The notes under the pieces: generated by a model
Databases searched by the model: none
Told to the model about the DNA's origin: nothing
Seen by the model: the letters and a program-made list of their open reading frames with translations, nothing else
NCBI GenBank assembly: GCA_964016885.1
Contig: OZ024745.1
Span: 51,956,001 to 52,020,000 of the forward strand
Origin: Eledone cirrhosa
Taxonomy: Eukaryota
DNA length: 64,000 nucleotides
Direction: 5' to 3'
Program-made: the position numbers and the translations under genes
Shown here: piece after piece, positions 13,568 through 26,821 of the stretch
How the letters are laid out: every line of letters begins with the position of its first letter
Position numbering within the stretch: position 1 is the first letter of the stretch

Positions 13568-14370
13568 AATTAGAATTGGCGCTCTGAAATAGCTATATAT
13601 ATATGAATGTATATATAGTGTATTTTGCAATACACTGTATGCTTAATTAAAAACATTTCGAAGACCTTATGCTATTGTTTTAGAGTAGTGACAGTCTCAC
13701 TTATTTAAAATGTTCAGCAAACAGGGTGAGATAAAGCTGACAGAGCTATGTTTCGTACGGATTGGTACTTATAAAAGCCAAGTACCCCACCTGTTTGCTA
13801 ACAATCATGAATGTTTGATTCTTATAGAATTTCTAGTAATAATCAGGAACTGATTATACAGAACGGTTGCCGGTCATGCAGAAATTGAAAATTAGAAAAA
13901 TGAATGTATATATAGTGTATTTTGCAATACACTGTATGAAGACCTTATGCTATTGTTTTAGAGTAGATACTGTCACTACTCTAAAACAATAGCATAAGGT
14001 CTTCGAAATGCTTTTAATTAAGCATACACTATATATACATTCATATATCTATAGCTATTTCAGAGCGCCAATTCTAATTTTCAATTTCTGCTTGACCGGC
14101 AAGCGCTCTGTATAATCAGTTCCTGATTATTACTAAAAATTCTATAAGAAACAAACATTCAGGATTTTCACCAAACAGGTGGGGTACGTGGCTTTGATAA
14201 GTACCAATCAGTACGAAACATAGCTCTGTCAGCTTTATCTCCCCCTGTTTGCTGAAAATTTTAAGTAAGTGAGACTGTCACTACTCTAAAACAATAGCAT
14301 AAGGTTTCGAAATGCTTTTAATTAAGCATATAGTGTATTGCAAAATACACTATATATACATTCATATATA
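13568..14370. mobile_element. Inverted arrangement of ~320 bp hammerhead-bearing units between (TA)n tracts (Penelope pLTR/retrozyme-like)
   Basis: The left arm (13568-13967) is 1+ unit, with aattagaa recurring at 13568 and 13890. The right arm (13969-14370) is its reverse complement, with ctgtcactactctaaaac recurring at 13970 and 14275. Confidence 0.8.
14190..14234 (+). ncRNA. Type I hammerhead motif, U3-A8 core variant
   Basis: ggct-TTGATAA-gtac(caatca)gtac-GAAA-catagctctg-TC-agct. The site is GUC and stem III is near-palindromic. A mutated mirror copy lies at 13735-13779 (-). Confidence 0.7.
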
Positions 14371-14385
14371 TATATACACACATAA

Positions 14386-15186
14386 GTGACAATTTCTGTC
14401 TGTTTGTGAGTTTGTTTGTTAACCTAAAACTCAAAAACTACCAAACCCATCTTGATGAAACTTGACACGTGTGTGGGGCTGATGCCCATTTGATTTTGTA
14501 TCTATATTATATATATTAATCAAAGGGTTCCCCGGGGGCTCAAACCCCCACTGAAAATCATTCCCTCCGATCTATATGAAATTTGAACCATAGGTAAATG
14601 ACAAAATATGATGGTTATTCACAAAATTTCGGCAAATTTCAATAATATTAAGACATCCTAATTGGGGTTAAACACCCTATATTAAACATTTGGCCCAAAA
14701 TGGAACAACACTTCACGAATTCCTCCTATGGTTTTGGAGATAGACACACATAACCATATATATTCTGAAACTACATTGGCCATGGATAAGTTTATAACAT
14801 TTTAATCAGAGGGTTCCCCGGGGTCACAAAACCCCCCGCTGAAAATGTTCTACATTCGATTTATATGAAATTTACACTATAGGTAAATGATAAGATCTGA
14901 AGCCAATTCACAAAATCTCAGCAAATTTCAATAATATTAAGAAACTCTAATGGGGGTTCTATTTTCTTCCTTATATCAACACTCAACTTCTCTGACAAAC
15001 AATTTTTCTCTTGACCAATACAATCAACAGTATTTGTTTTTATTATTGTTTCGTAAATGAATTTGGCTTCGCTTTTGATTATCTGTCCTATATTTTGATT
15101 TCATTTTTGGTCTGTGAGGCTTTAGCCATTTTAATGGGAACTGGGAATACCCCCTGCTCCCGGGTATTACCGGGTACCTCAGCTAG
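14386..15186 (+). mobile_element. Non-autonomous Helitron-like element
   Basis: The 5' region has tctgtctgtttg-type repeats. The 3' end has a GC hairpin (cccgggtattaccggg) followed by CTAG|T at 15183-15187. There is an internal ~286 bp-period duplication (14517-14669 and 14802-14958). Confidence 0.65.
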
Positions 15187-15292
15187 TGTATATATTTATA
15201 TAGATAGATACAGACACACACACACATACACACACACTGAATCACTCACACACACACACACACACATACATACACACACACACACATATATG

Positions 15293-15325
<33 letters not shown>

Positions 15326-15379
15326 GTGTGTGTGTGTATATATATATATTGAGTGGGTGTGAAAGACCAAGGATCATTA

Positions 15380-15588
15380 TTGAAAGTCTCTGGATTTCGC
15401 AAAATACATAATATTCTTTTATTGGAGAAGGTAAGATATAAGTCCGCTAATATTTCATTGCACTATTTTGTTTTCACTTATGTATGTTTTGAAAATGTTA
15501 TTTATTCATTATAAGAATGATAGCATTCTATATGTAGGTGAGCCGAGATCATCTGGCAACCAATATTTTTAGACCTAGTCCGCCACTG
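15380..15588. mobile_element. Dispersed repeat ending in ccgccactg (hAT-like TIR); second copy at 16582-16794
   Basis: Two diverged direct copies share the terminus tccgccactg (reverse complement CAGTGGCGGA). The other TIR is not seen. Confidence 0.45.
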
Positions 15589-15596
15589 TATATATA

Positions 15597-15656
<60 letters not shown>

Positions 15657-15659
<3 letters not shown>

Positions 15660-15785
15660 ATAATAATAAATCTGAAGACTAAAATCAAAAGAGGGCTCGA
15701 TAAAGATAAGTACCTTAGTGCTCTAAGGTACTTAAGGGTGAAAGCAGCGATTCTTTGCTTAAACATTAATCTGCAATTTTAATAA

Positions 15786-15790
<5 letters not shown>
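15657..15790. mobile_element. Rearranged family B fragment between (TA)n tracts
   Basis: An inverted family-B end, a 12 bp-stem hairpin at 15707-15734, and the 3' half of the family-B hammerhead. Confidence 0.6.
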
Positions 15791-15844
<54 letters not shown>

Positions 15845-16149
15845 GCCAATCATTATAAGTTTGAATCTAAGTGACATGCAAAAACATATATATATAGGGA
15901 TATGATGAGCCCAAATCATAGTAGATCCAAATATCACAGTGAACAAGAAAGAAAAAGAGAGAGGGAGATGGAGAGATAAAGAGTAAGAGAGAAAGATAGG
16001 GGTGGGATAGAGGGGGAGACATGATGTGCAACAGAAATGAAACATGGATTACAGGTTTAAATATAGTCGAGATAGATGTGAAACAAAACGAGGATGTTGT
16101 TGATGGAACACCTAAATTATTTAGAAATCAAGCTTAAGTAGGTGCAATA

Positions 16150-16545
16150 CATAACATTACGAAAGACATGGACAAAGTCACAACACTTACTTTTGAAAAC
16201 TTTGAAAGTAGGTTTATAAGTATGAATTTTCACAAGATGTTCGTAGTTGTCTCTGTGGCCTAGTGGTAGGTAGTAGAAACGGTGGAGATCCTGGCCTTGG
16301 GTTCAATCCTGAGGTACATGCAACCTGTTTCACTTTTTAGTTTACAACCAATCGAAATGAAAATGATTACATGGAACCCTACTCCCGACCAGGATCGAAC
16401 TTCACACCAGAATCACCACCGTCTATGATTCCTCCAACTAGGCTCCCGAGAGACCTACGAAAGTATAATGAAAATTGGTAATTATAAATCTACTTTCAAA
16501 ATCAAAGTTAAATATATGTGGTGTCGTTCATGGCTTTCCTAGTGC
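16150..16545. mobile_element. Old fold-back element with a tRNA-like head in each arm
   Basis: tttgaaagtaggtttataa (16201-16219) pairs with ttataaatctactttcaaa (16482-16500). A/B-box-like motifs lie at 16255-16310 (+) and 16391-16444 (-). Confidence 0.6.
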
Positions 16546-17073
16546 TATTAGTAATATTTAGGGTCGACCTCCGTGTCATTACTGAAAGTTACTGGATTTC
16601 GCAAAATACATATTTTTTATTGGAGTAGGTAAGACAAGTTTCCGCAACAAAGTGATTGCACTGTTTTCTTTCAACTTATGTATTTTTCTAAAATGTTATT
16701 TATTCATTATAAAAATTAAATGATAGCATTCTATATGTAGGTGGGCTCACTTCATCTCCTGGCAACCAATATGTTTAGACCCTGTCCGCCACTGTCTAGG
16801 AGTATCGTATTTTAGTACTTTTCGATAATGACGTTAAATTGAATTCTACCAGCAGGATGTTCGCTAGCATCTGACATTTTAGATCAGTAAAATTTAGAAT
16901 GGTCTCACTTTCTGTGTTTCACTGTCACCCCCATATAAACATATAAACACAAAGACACACAGTTGTGTCTGGCATGGGCTACCAAAACGATTTATTGACA
17001 AAATATTTAAGAAATCAAACAGTAAACGTGTTCTGTTATTATTTCTGGCAAGATGACCCCCCCCCCAAGTATG

Positions 17074-17120
<47 letters not shown>

Positions 17121-17127
17121 CAAACAT

Positions 17128-18336
17128 GTATATATGAAATCAGGGAAAAAAAGACGATTAATAGGAAGAAAAATATATTTTATTTTTTTATCTCTTTTTT
17201 TCTGGGTTAGAAAATGATTAAAACGAAATACTTTACTTTGCGTGAAGTGTTTATTTATTTATTAATTTATTAATTTATTGCGTAAGTTGATTTATTTATT
17301 AATTAACAATGGCATTTATTTATTTATTTATTTATTCATATATTTAATAATTGTCTATTACTGGTTTCATAATAATATGTATTGGTGTAGAGTGGTGGTG
17401 TTGGACATGTTAAAGAAATGGTGCAGAAAGAATAATGTTATTTACAAACAAGGTTTATGAAGTTAAACGAAAAAAGAAAAGAGAAAAAAAGAGCGTAATG
17501 TGGAGCATAATAAGGCAATGTGAAAGAAAATATAATGTTATTTACAGGCATAGTTCTTGAAGATAAGCAGATCAAGATGTGTTAATATAGCAAGAGTGCT
17601 TAGTTGATCCATGATGGAGGCAACTAGTGGGCTGGGGTTTGATATGATTTCCCTTTTTAGAGAGTTAATATGCAGAGGGAGGTAATTCATGCTGGATGAT
17701 ATTTAATTTATTTAAGAAAAAGGATTAGGTAGGGTGTTAGGGGGGGGGGGTAACTCTTTAGAGAGACATAGGTATTTGTAAATGTTTGATTGTTTGTTCC
17801 TGATTTAGTTTGGTCCGAAGTTTAGTGCATTAAGTAGTGGTTGGAATTTGCCTCCATCATGGATCAACTAAGCACCCTTGCTACATTAACACATCTTGAT
17901 CTCCTTATCTTCAAGAACTATGCCTGTAAATAACATTATTTTTTCTTTCACATTGCCTTATTATGCTCCACATTAAGTTCTTTTTTTTCTTTTTTTCTTT
18001 TTTCTTTTCACTTCATAAACCTTGTTTGTAAATAACATTATTCTTTCTGCACCATTTCTTTAACATGTCCAACACCACCATTCTACACAAATACATATTA
18101 TTATCATTTGATAATGCATAAAAATGCTGAAACCGGTAATAATTAAATATATAAATAAATAAATAAATGCCATTGTTAATTAATAAATAAATCAACTAAT
18201 ACCTTATCACTTCACACAAAGTAAAATATTTCGTTTTAATCCTTTTCTAACCCAGAAAAAAAGAGAGAAAGAAATAAAAAGGGAAAAACATATTTTTCCT
18301 CCCAATAATCGTATTTTTCTCCCTGTTTTCATATAT
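17128..18336. mobile_element. ~500 bp inverted repeat pair between (TA)n tracts (Penelope pLTR-like)
   Basis: Arms are ~17128-17623 and ~17848-18336 with a ~225 bp spacer. The mirrored ORF translations (17278+ and 18013-) confirm the inversion. Confidence 0.85.
18104..18142 (+). ncRNA. Minimal type I hammerhead motif, U3-A8 core variant
   Basis: tcat-TTGATAA-t-gca(taaaaa)tgc-t-GAAA-ccgg-TA-ataa, with one mismatch in stem I. The core is deleted in the opposite arm near 17360. Confidence 0.5.
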
Positions 18337-18417
18337 ATATATATATATATATATACGGAAAAGTATGTTTATATAATAAAATGTAATGGGGTTTAATATT
18401 ATCACACATGAAATATT

Positions 18418-18472
<55 letters not shown>

Positions 18473-18484
18473 TATATCATATAT

Positions 18485-19205
18485 ATCATCATCTAGGGGA
18501 AGTCATATGCTGCAGATAATCTCCACATTGAGGTTTCAATAGCAGGTTGTTGTTCCGTTCCTGAATGCACCTAAGATAAAGTATATGTACTAGAATCCAT
18601 CTGCAAATAAGAAACTTCATGCGTCATGTAGTTCATGTATCGAACCCCTGAATGTTTTCAATTAGCTGTGTGGTTACATTTCCTTTGGCCGTGATATGGT
18701 TGTCAAAAACTCTGTCGTGCAGTATGTTTGACCTTTTGCAGAGGATGTGGAAGGTGCCCATCAACGAAGACCTAAAAGCAATGTTGTTTATAGCCTGTAG
18801 AGATGCGGTCTTTATTTACGGTTCGAAGATGGGACAGTTTAATTCTATTCCCAGCGTAAGACAAAAAGGTACATGAACTAGAATACTACGCCTGGAGACA
18901 TCATCCAACAAACATGTCTCGCTATAGATTCCTGCCTGGCATCTCTCATGTAAAGTATCATCTTCTAACCATTGCCAGCCACGTCACTCATCACTTTGAA
19001 CCGACTGGAAGTTTGCTCTGCTGAACCCCATGCGCAACACAACGAGATAGCTGGCCGTATATCATCTTGGAATCAATCCTCGAGGTGGACACAGGACACA
19101 AAGGTATGTGTCTGCGTGTTGCAATGGTCGACCGAGGACTCTGGAGTTCCAATATCTTTAATGCTACACCACCACGCCAGAAGGCAACGGCGACTGAAGA
19201 GAAGA
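18485..19205 (-). mobile_element. Possible decayed non-LTR retrotransposon 3' fragment
   Basis: A GC-richer coding-like block ending in an (ATG)-like tail on the minus strand. No clean motif was read. Confidence 0.25.
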
Positions 19206-19247
19206 TTGTATATAGTATGTAAGTATGTATCTATGTATGTATGTTAT

Positions 19248-19872
19248 GTCAGCTCACCAGTTGGTGCTACTGGTAACATGTATCCCAGTACAAACCGTCT
19301 CATGGTCGGGTCGCTGGCGACTAAACTGGCAACCCCACCAAGGTTTCTTGGTGAGGAGGGTGACTTTGGACATCCTGCAGGACTAAAAACTAAACCTGTC
19401 AAAGTGCAAAGAAGCTCTTAAGAGTTAATGGCCATCAAAAATCACCGGGAGAGATGACCCCTTAGCCTTTGTCAAGGCATAATTCTAGGAGAAGGAAAAC
19501 TCTGATATAACACCTGCAACTCTGATGGTATCCAATGATGTTGATTTGCTCTTCTTTTTGGTAAATATCATCTTGGTTAAGAGAGTGGGACTGGCTTTGT
19601 GCAGTGCCTTTGCTCACTATAAAAGCTTCACGGAACAGGCATTGCTTTATATCTGGAGATCTCTCTGCACTTATCGTCACATGGTACCATGGGCCCAGCA
19701 CTATGTGTTAATAATTGTCACAAGTGTAGTGTTTGTACCAGAGTTTTCAAGTCGCTGGCTGGACTATAACGTCACACTCGTTCAGCGCATCGGTAGGGGT
19801 TCTCCTACATGGATATAAAGTAGTGGCCGTACTCTAAAACGAGTTGGCAGCCACCATGTATGTATGTATGTA
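19248..19872 (+). mobile_element. Probable non-autonomous retroposon with (ATGT)n tail
   Basis: GC-richer structured 5' end, with atgtatgtatgt tracts on both sides. Confidence 0.35.
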
Positions 19873-21384
19873 TATATTTGTACGTGTGTGTATAATTGTA
19901 TATAGGAAAATTACTAACGAATATGGAATAATAATGATAAAAGAAGTGTTAATTATAATCATGTTATAGTTAATTTCCTAAATAGAGGATGGAAATCCAC
20001 ATTTCACATTCAATGAAACAGAAAACAAAAGTTTCAATATATATTTGCATAAAAATTCGCTAAATTAGTTGCTTTACTTCATGATAACAATGCAGATTGT
20101 TTAGTATATTAATTTATGTTATAGTTAAATTGGTATATGAATAATTCTCAGATTAAATATTCCTCTGGGTTATATTAAAGAATAACCGAAAAGAATATTA
20201 ATATGTTAAATATGAATGGGACATTAATTAAAACATATTTCACTCATTTTAAATATGAGTAAAAGCATTTACGTGAGATATAAAAGTTCATAATATTATA
20301 TTTTATTAATGTCGTGTGTTAGTAATGATTCAAACTAGGAAATATTCATTTATTCGATTAATACCATTAACAGAATACTTTGTGATTAAAAACTAACGAA
20401 ATTCGTTTCACATGTTGTTATTTTAATAGAAAAGTTAACAACGGTATTCATAAAATTAAATCTATTGGAAAAGTTTATTACTTCAAACTAACTTCTAAAC
20501 CAAATGGTGCAGATTCTCTCACCGCAAAACATTCATTCCTGTAAATAACGCATTATCCAAAGAAATGTACTTTTTGTTGATGGTATCCTTTCACGTCTAA
20601 ACCATGCATAGAAACAATTGCTGTTCTTTCATGAATTTCTAGCAGAAATTATTCTCTACTGAAACAGCTGTTTCACGTATTGTTCAAGGGGAAATAAATC
20701 GATTGTTAGAAATTAAAAAATATAATTCTTTAGTCAAGGGCAAACATTGTAGAGGTGATGATTCAAGAAAAGGCAGTAACATTATCAAACATGTTAATGA
20801 AAGAAAAGCGTTTCTGTTTGATCAGCGAGAGAGATATTCAAATAACAAAGCTTTGAATTTTAGATCAACTATTTTATTTAATGAAAGACATCTGAACTCA
20901 CACTACACAAGCTTCATTTCGTTCGCAGTGAAATTTATTTGTTTTTCAGACACCGCAATTATTCTGTACTGCAACGATTGATTTATATCTTAAAGTCTAA
21001 ACAAACTTATGCGTAAGAATATGCATCAAATAAAATATTTCCACTGTGGCTTTTTTAGTTTCAATTCACATATTTGAATAACAAACTTAAAATTTGAAAG
21101 CTGATTATGCAGTTTCTCTAAAAATGTAGGACACTACTTGATGTTTAAAGAATTATTAGGATGGCCTTCCAACGGTTACGACATTGAACATTGAGTTGCT
21201 TGAATAACTACAACGCCAAGACTTAAATTAATACGGAAAGGTTGTGAATATACTACTGACACGCTACCTTACATAATTAGTATTATACAAACACTTTATA
21301 TGTAATATAGCATACATAAATTGTAATTTTACATCATAAAGCCAGGCATGTCATACATTATGTCAAACTAAATGTCCATATTAA

Positions 21385-21672
21385 AGGTTTGAGTATAAGT
21401 CCCGGAACCGGTTCTGTATTCTGTTCTTGCTCAAGACACTTTATGAAACGTTCCTCCAGTTTCCTCAGCTATAGAAATGCATTGCGACGTCGATGGTGCC
21501 CAGCTGTGTCTGCCCTGGCCTTTCCCTTGGAGAACATATGTGACGTGGAGAGGGAACCTATATGTTAGGGTGACTGATGGCCTTCAATGAACAACCTTAT
21601 GCGGACATTTGTGCCGAGGAGGGTAGATGCAAATCCCATAATCACTCATGACCGAAATGAGTCTTTACCCGT
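21385..21672 (+). mobile_element. Degenerate CORE-like SINE
   Basis: tgttcttgctcaagacactttatgaaacgttcctcc matches the S1 core tgtccttgagcaagacactttatttcacgttgctcc. Confidence 0.55.
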
Positions 21673-21839
21673 TACGCAATTTATATATATATATATGAAA
21701 TGACAGTAAATAATAACATTGAAATATTGAATGTCTGCATAACTAATACTTTGTAGATAGCAGCTGTTTTCAGGTTATGTAACTGTTATAGAAACACGTG
21801 TCAATAAATTCCTTTCAACTAAACTGTATCCATTCAAAT

Positions 21840-21926
<87 letters not shown>

Positions 21927-22105
21927 AATATATCTACTAACATAAGCGCACAGATGTACGCCAATGCCAGCAAATACACAGGTTATGTCATAGTACCTAG
22001 GTGGTTCGATGCAGGAGAATGCAGAACAATAATATAAAAGACGTAAAATAAGAAACTTTTTTTAAAAAATTTTTTAAAAAATTAACTTACTTACTTAAAT
22101 TTTCA

Positions 22106-22185
22106 CTCCAACTAATTAGTTTCTGCAATGGGATAAAGACAGTTACGTAATGAACCGTTGAGAATTTCATTGCGTCATCAGGGAG
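22106..22185 (-). ncRNA. Type I hammerhead ribozyme motif (array unit 1)
   Basis: Minus strand: ctcc-CTGATGA-c-gcaatg...cattgc-a-GAAA-ctaattag-TT-ggag. Canonical core, extended stem II, palindromic stem III, GUU site. Confidence 0.85.
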
Positions 22186-22661
22186 GTCATTCTCAGCCGA
22201 GTCTCCAGGCGATGCGCGGACACTGGCGACTCATATAAAAATAATAATAATTCGGTAAATGGAATAGCTATCGAGGACTGGATTCCAGCTACTGAAAATT
22301 CTCACTGCCACTGATCATATGGCCGATTCTAAAGAATCAATCACGTGACACAGAGGCTAGTCAGTAGGAATGGGGTGGTAAGATGACAAGCGCCTACTAA
22401 CACCACCCCAAAAAATTTTTAGAAGTGGTTTTGGCAGGTTTGCTCCACAAATCAGTGATTTGGAGATAAATATAGATAATTTAATATATCTACTAACATA
22501 AGCGCACAGATGTACGCCAATGCCAGCAAATACACAGGTTATGTCATAGTATCTAGGTGGTTTGATGCAGGAGAATGCAGAACAATAATATAAAAGACGT
22601 AAAATAAGAAACTTTTTTTAAAAATTTTTTTTAAAAATTAACTTACTTACTTAAATTTTCA

Positions 22662-22741
22662 CTCCAACTAATTAGTTTCTGCAATGGTATAAAGACAGTT
22701 ACGTAATGAACCGTTGAGAATTTCATTGCGTCATCAGGGAG
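22662..22741 (-). ncRNA. Type I hammerhead ribozyme motif (array unit 2)
   Basis: Same fold as unit 1. Confidence 0.85.
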
Positions 22742-23214
22742 GTCATTCTCAGCCGAGTGTCCAGGCGATGCGCGGACACTGGCGACTCATATAAAAATAA
22801 TAATAATTCGGTAAATGGAATAGCTATCGAGGACTGGATTCCAGCTACTGAAAATTCTCACTGCCACTGATCATATGGCCGATTCTAAAGAATCAATCAC
22901 GTGACACAGAGGCTAGTCAGTAGGAATGGGGTGGTAAGATGACAAGCGCCTACTAACACCACCAAAAAAAATTTTTAGAAGTGGTTTTGGCAGGTTTGCT
23001 CCACAAATCAGTGATTTGGAGATAAATATAGATAATTTAATATATCTACTAACATAAGCGCACAGATGTACGCCAATGCCAGCAAATACACAGGTTATGT
23101 CATAGTACCTAGGTGGTTTGATGCAGGAGAATGCAGAACAATAATATAAAAGACGTAAAATAAGAAAATTTTTTTTAAAAATTAAAAAAAAAAATTAACT
23201 TACTTAAATTTTCA

Positions 23215-23293
23215 CTCCAACTAATTAGTTTCTGTAATGGGATAAAGACAGTTACGTAATGAACCGTTGAGAATTTCATGCGTCATCAGGGAG
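23215..23293 (-). ncRNA. Type I hammerhead ribozyme motif (array unit 3, stem II mutated)
   Basis: The core is intact. Stem II carries one substitution and a 1 nt deletion. Confidence 0.75.
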
Positions 23294-23616
23294 GTCATTC
23301 TCAGCCGAGTCTCCAGGCGATGCGCGGACACTGGCGACTCATATAAAAATAATAATAATTCGGTAAATGGAACAGCTATCGAGGACTGGATTCCAGCTAC
23401 TGAAAATTCTCACTGCCACTGATCATATGGCCGATTCTAAAGAATCAATCACGTGACACAGAGGCTAGTCAGTAGGAATGGGGTGGTAAGATGATAAGCG
23501 CCTACTAACACCCCCAAAACAAATTTTTAGATGTGGTTTTGGCAGGTTTGCTCGACAAATCAGTGATTTGGAGATAAATATAGATAATTTAATATATCTA
23601 CTAACATAAGCGCACA

Positions 23617-23764
23617 GATGACGCAATGAAATTCTCAACGGTTCATTACGTAACTGTCTTTATCCCATTGCAGAAACTAATTTGTTGGAGTGAAAATTTA
23701 AGTAAGTAAGTTAATTTTTTTTTAAAAATTTTTTTAAAAATTTTCTTATATTACGTCTTTTATA
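23617..23764 (+). repeat. Inverted partial copy of the 556 bp unit
   Basis: gatgacgcaatgaaattctc...ttacgtctttt is the reverse complement of ~22035-22179. It ends at (TA)n. Confidence 0.9.
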
Positions 23765-23769
23765 TATAT

Positions 23770-25347
<1,578 letters not shown>

Positions 25348-25351
25348 CATA

Positions 25352-25401
<50 letters not shown>

Positions 25402-25402
<1 letters not shown>

Positions 25403-25620
25403 AAAGCGTGTGGCTGAGTGGTTAGAGAATTGGATTCACAATCTTGAGATTGTGAGTTCGATTCCTGGACCGGGCGATGCGTTATGTCCTTGAGCAAGAC
25501 ACTTTATTTCACGTTGCTCCGTCTAGCTGGAGTTGCGACGATAGATTGTATTAGCAACTGGAAAGACCGACGAAAACATTGTTTCCTCGGTCCGATTTGA
25601 CGAAAGTCGATCGATCCTTT
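25402..25620 (+). mobile_element. tRNA-derived SINE family S1
   Basis: A/B boxes and body match 2694-2893. Confidence 0.85.
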
Positions 25621-25631
25621 TTTTTATTTTT

Positions 25632-26773
25632 ATAATATAAATCTTAGGTTGTCTGTCTGTCTCTCTGTCTACTAATACATTCGGCACACATCTCCTCTTA
25701 AACCGTACGTTCAAATTTCGGTGAAATTGCTACACTCATATATGAAGATCCGGGGTGACATCGGTCAAAAAATTGTTCAAATCGACCCACGCCAAGTGCA
25801 AAAATCGAATTTGTAATGTATTGATTTTTCAGTTCAAATAAATAGAGATGAGAGACGAGTTATTTCACTTTTATTGCGTCATTTGTTTATCTATTTATGT
25901 TACCTATAAACGACGCGGTGGACCGAGAAGAACAATTTCATGCAAAGACAAGACCAACTTTATGGTGTAAATAGAGTCGTTACACTAATATTCTATTTAA
26001 AATAACCGAATGATTTCCAGCCCCGAAGTTTAAGAATGATGTAAATAAAAATGTAAACGAAAATGACAGGTTATTAACATAGTTGTTTCTACTTTTGGAA
26101 CAAGGCCAGCAATTACCCAGTACATTACTTGTACTTTATTTTATCGACCCCGTAAGGATGAAAGGCAAAGTTAACCTCGGCGGGATTTTAACTTTGCCAT
26201 AACGTAGTAAAAGTAAATAGTGAAGATGTAGGCCAGTACATACGTATGCGCCGACGAGCATACACATACATATACAAACGCACACACAAATACATACATA
26301 CGCACACACACACAGATACGCGCGAGCGCGCGCGCGTGTGTGTAGAACTTATGCATTTCTACAGTATTTTCACCAAACTTAAGACATATGTTACTTATGT
26401 ACTCCCGATGGTCATGAGCACTTTCATTTTTCCAGATATTGATTATAGGGCCTCCCAGCAGATAACCCCCTTTAACTACTTCCTTGGAGTCGACTGAAGC
26501 ACTGCAGTGCAATGCAAAAAAACGTTATAACTTCTGGTGTTCGCAACCGATTTTCACAAAATTTGACACATGGGCTACGTTTGTTATACAGATGAATGTG
26601 AACTCTCACAATTGGCACATATTGAGTAGGGGACACCTGGGGGTAGAAACCCCTTTTGGAAAAAGCCGATGATTTTGTAAAAGTATAGTTTTCGAAGTAG
26701 CACTGAACTATTTACATACATAGTATACATAACTGCTATTTAATAACCGAGCAACGCCGGGTACCTCTGCTAG
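25632..26773 (+). mobile_element. Non-autonomous Helitron-like element, possibly composite
   Basis: (tgtc)n lies near the 5' end. The 3' end is ccgagcaacgccgggtacctctgCTAG|T, similar to the end at 15186. An S2 SINE fragment is nested inside. Confidence 0.55.
26081..26190 (-). mobile_element. 5'-truncated S2 SINE
   Basis: Matches the 3' 110 bp of the copy at 13129-13309. Confidence 0.85.
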
Positions 26774-26821
26774 TATATATATACATATAAATGTGTGTAT
26801 ATATATACATATGTGCATATA

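Larger units (their letters stand above)
21921..23620 (-). repeat. Tandem array of three ~556 bp units plus a partial fourth, one hammerhead per unit
   Basis: The unit start taatttaatatatctactaac occurs at 21921, 22477, 23033 and 23585. Units are nearly identical. (TA)n lies at 21843-21921. Confidence 0.95.

Noticed and set aside
19250-19335. HDV-like ribozyme at the 5' end of the ATGT-tailed element
   Set aside because: Some hairpins and a ctaa segment are present, but I could not assign P1 and P1.1 consistently.
21921-23620. CRISPR-like or plain satellite interpretation of the array
   Set aside because: The units are ~556 bp and near-identical with no unique spacers. The embedded hammerhead and inverted tail favour a retroelement origin.
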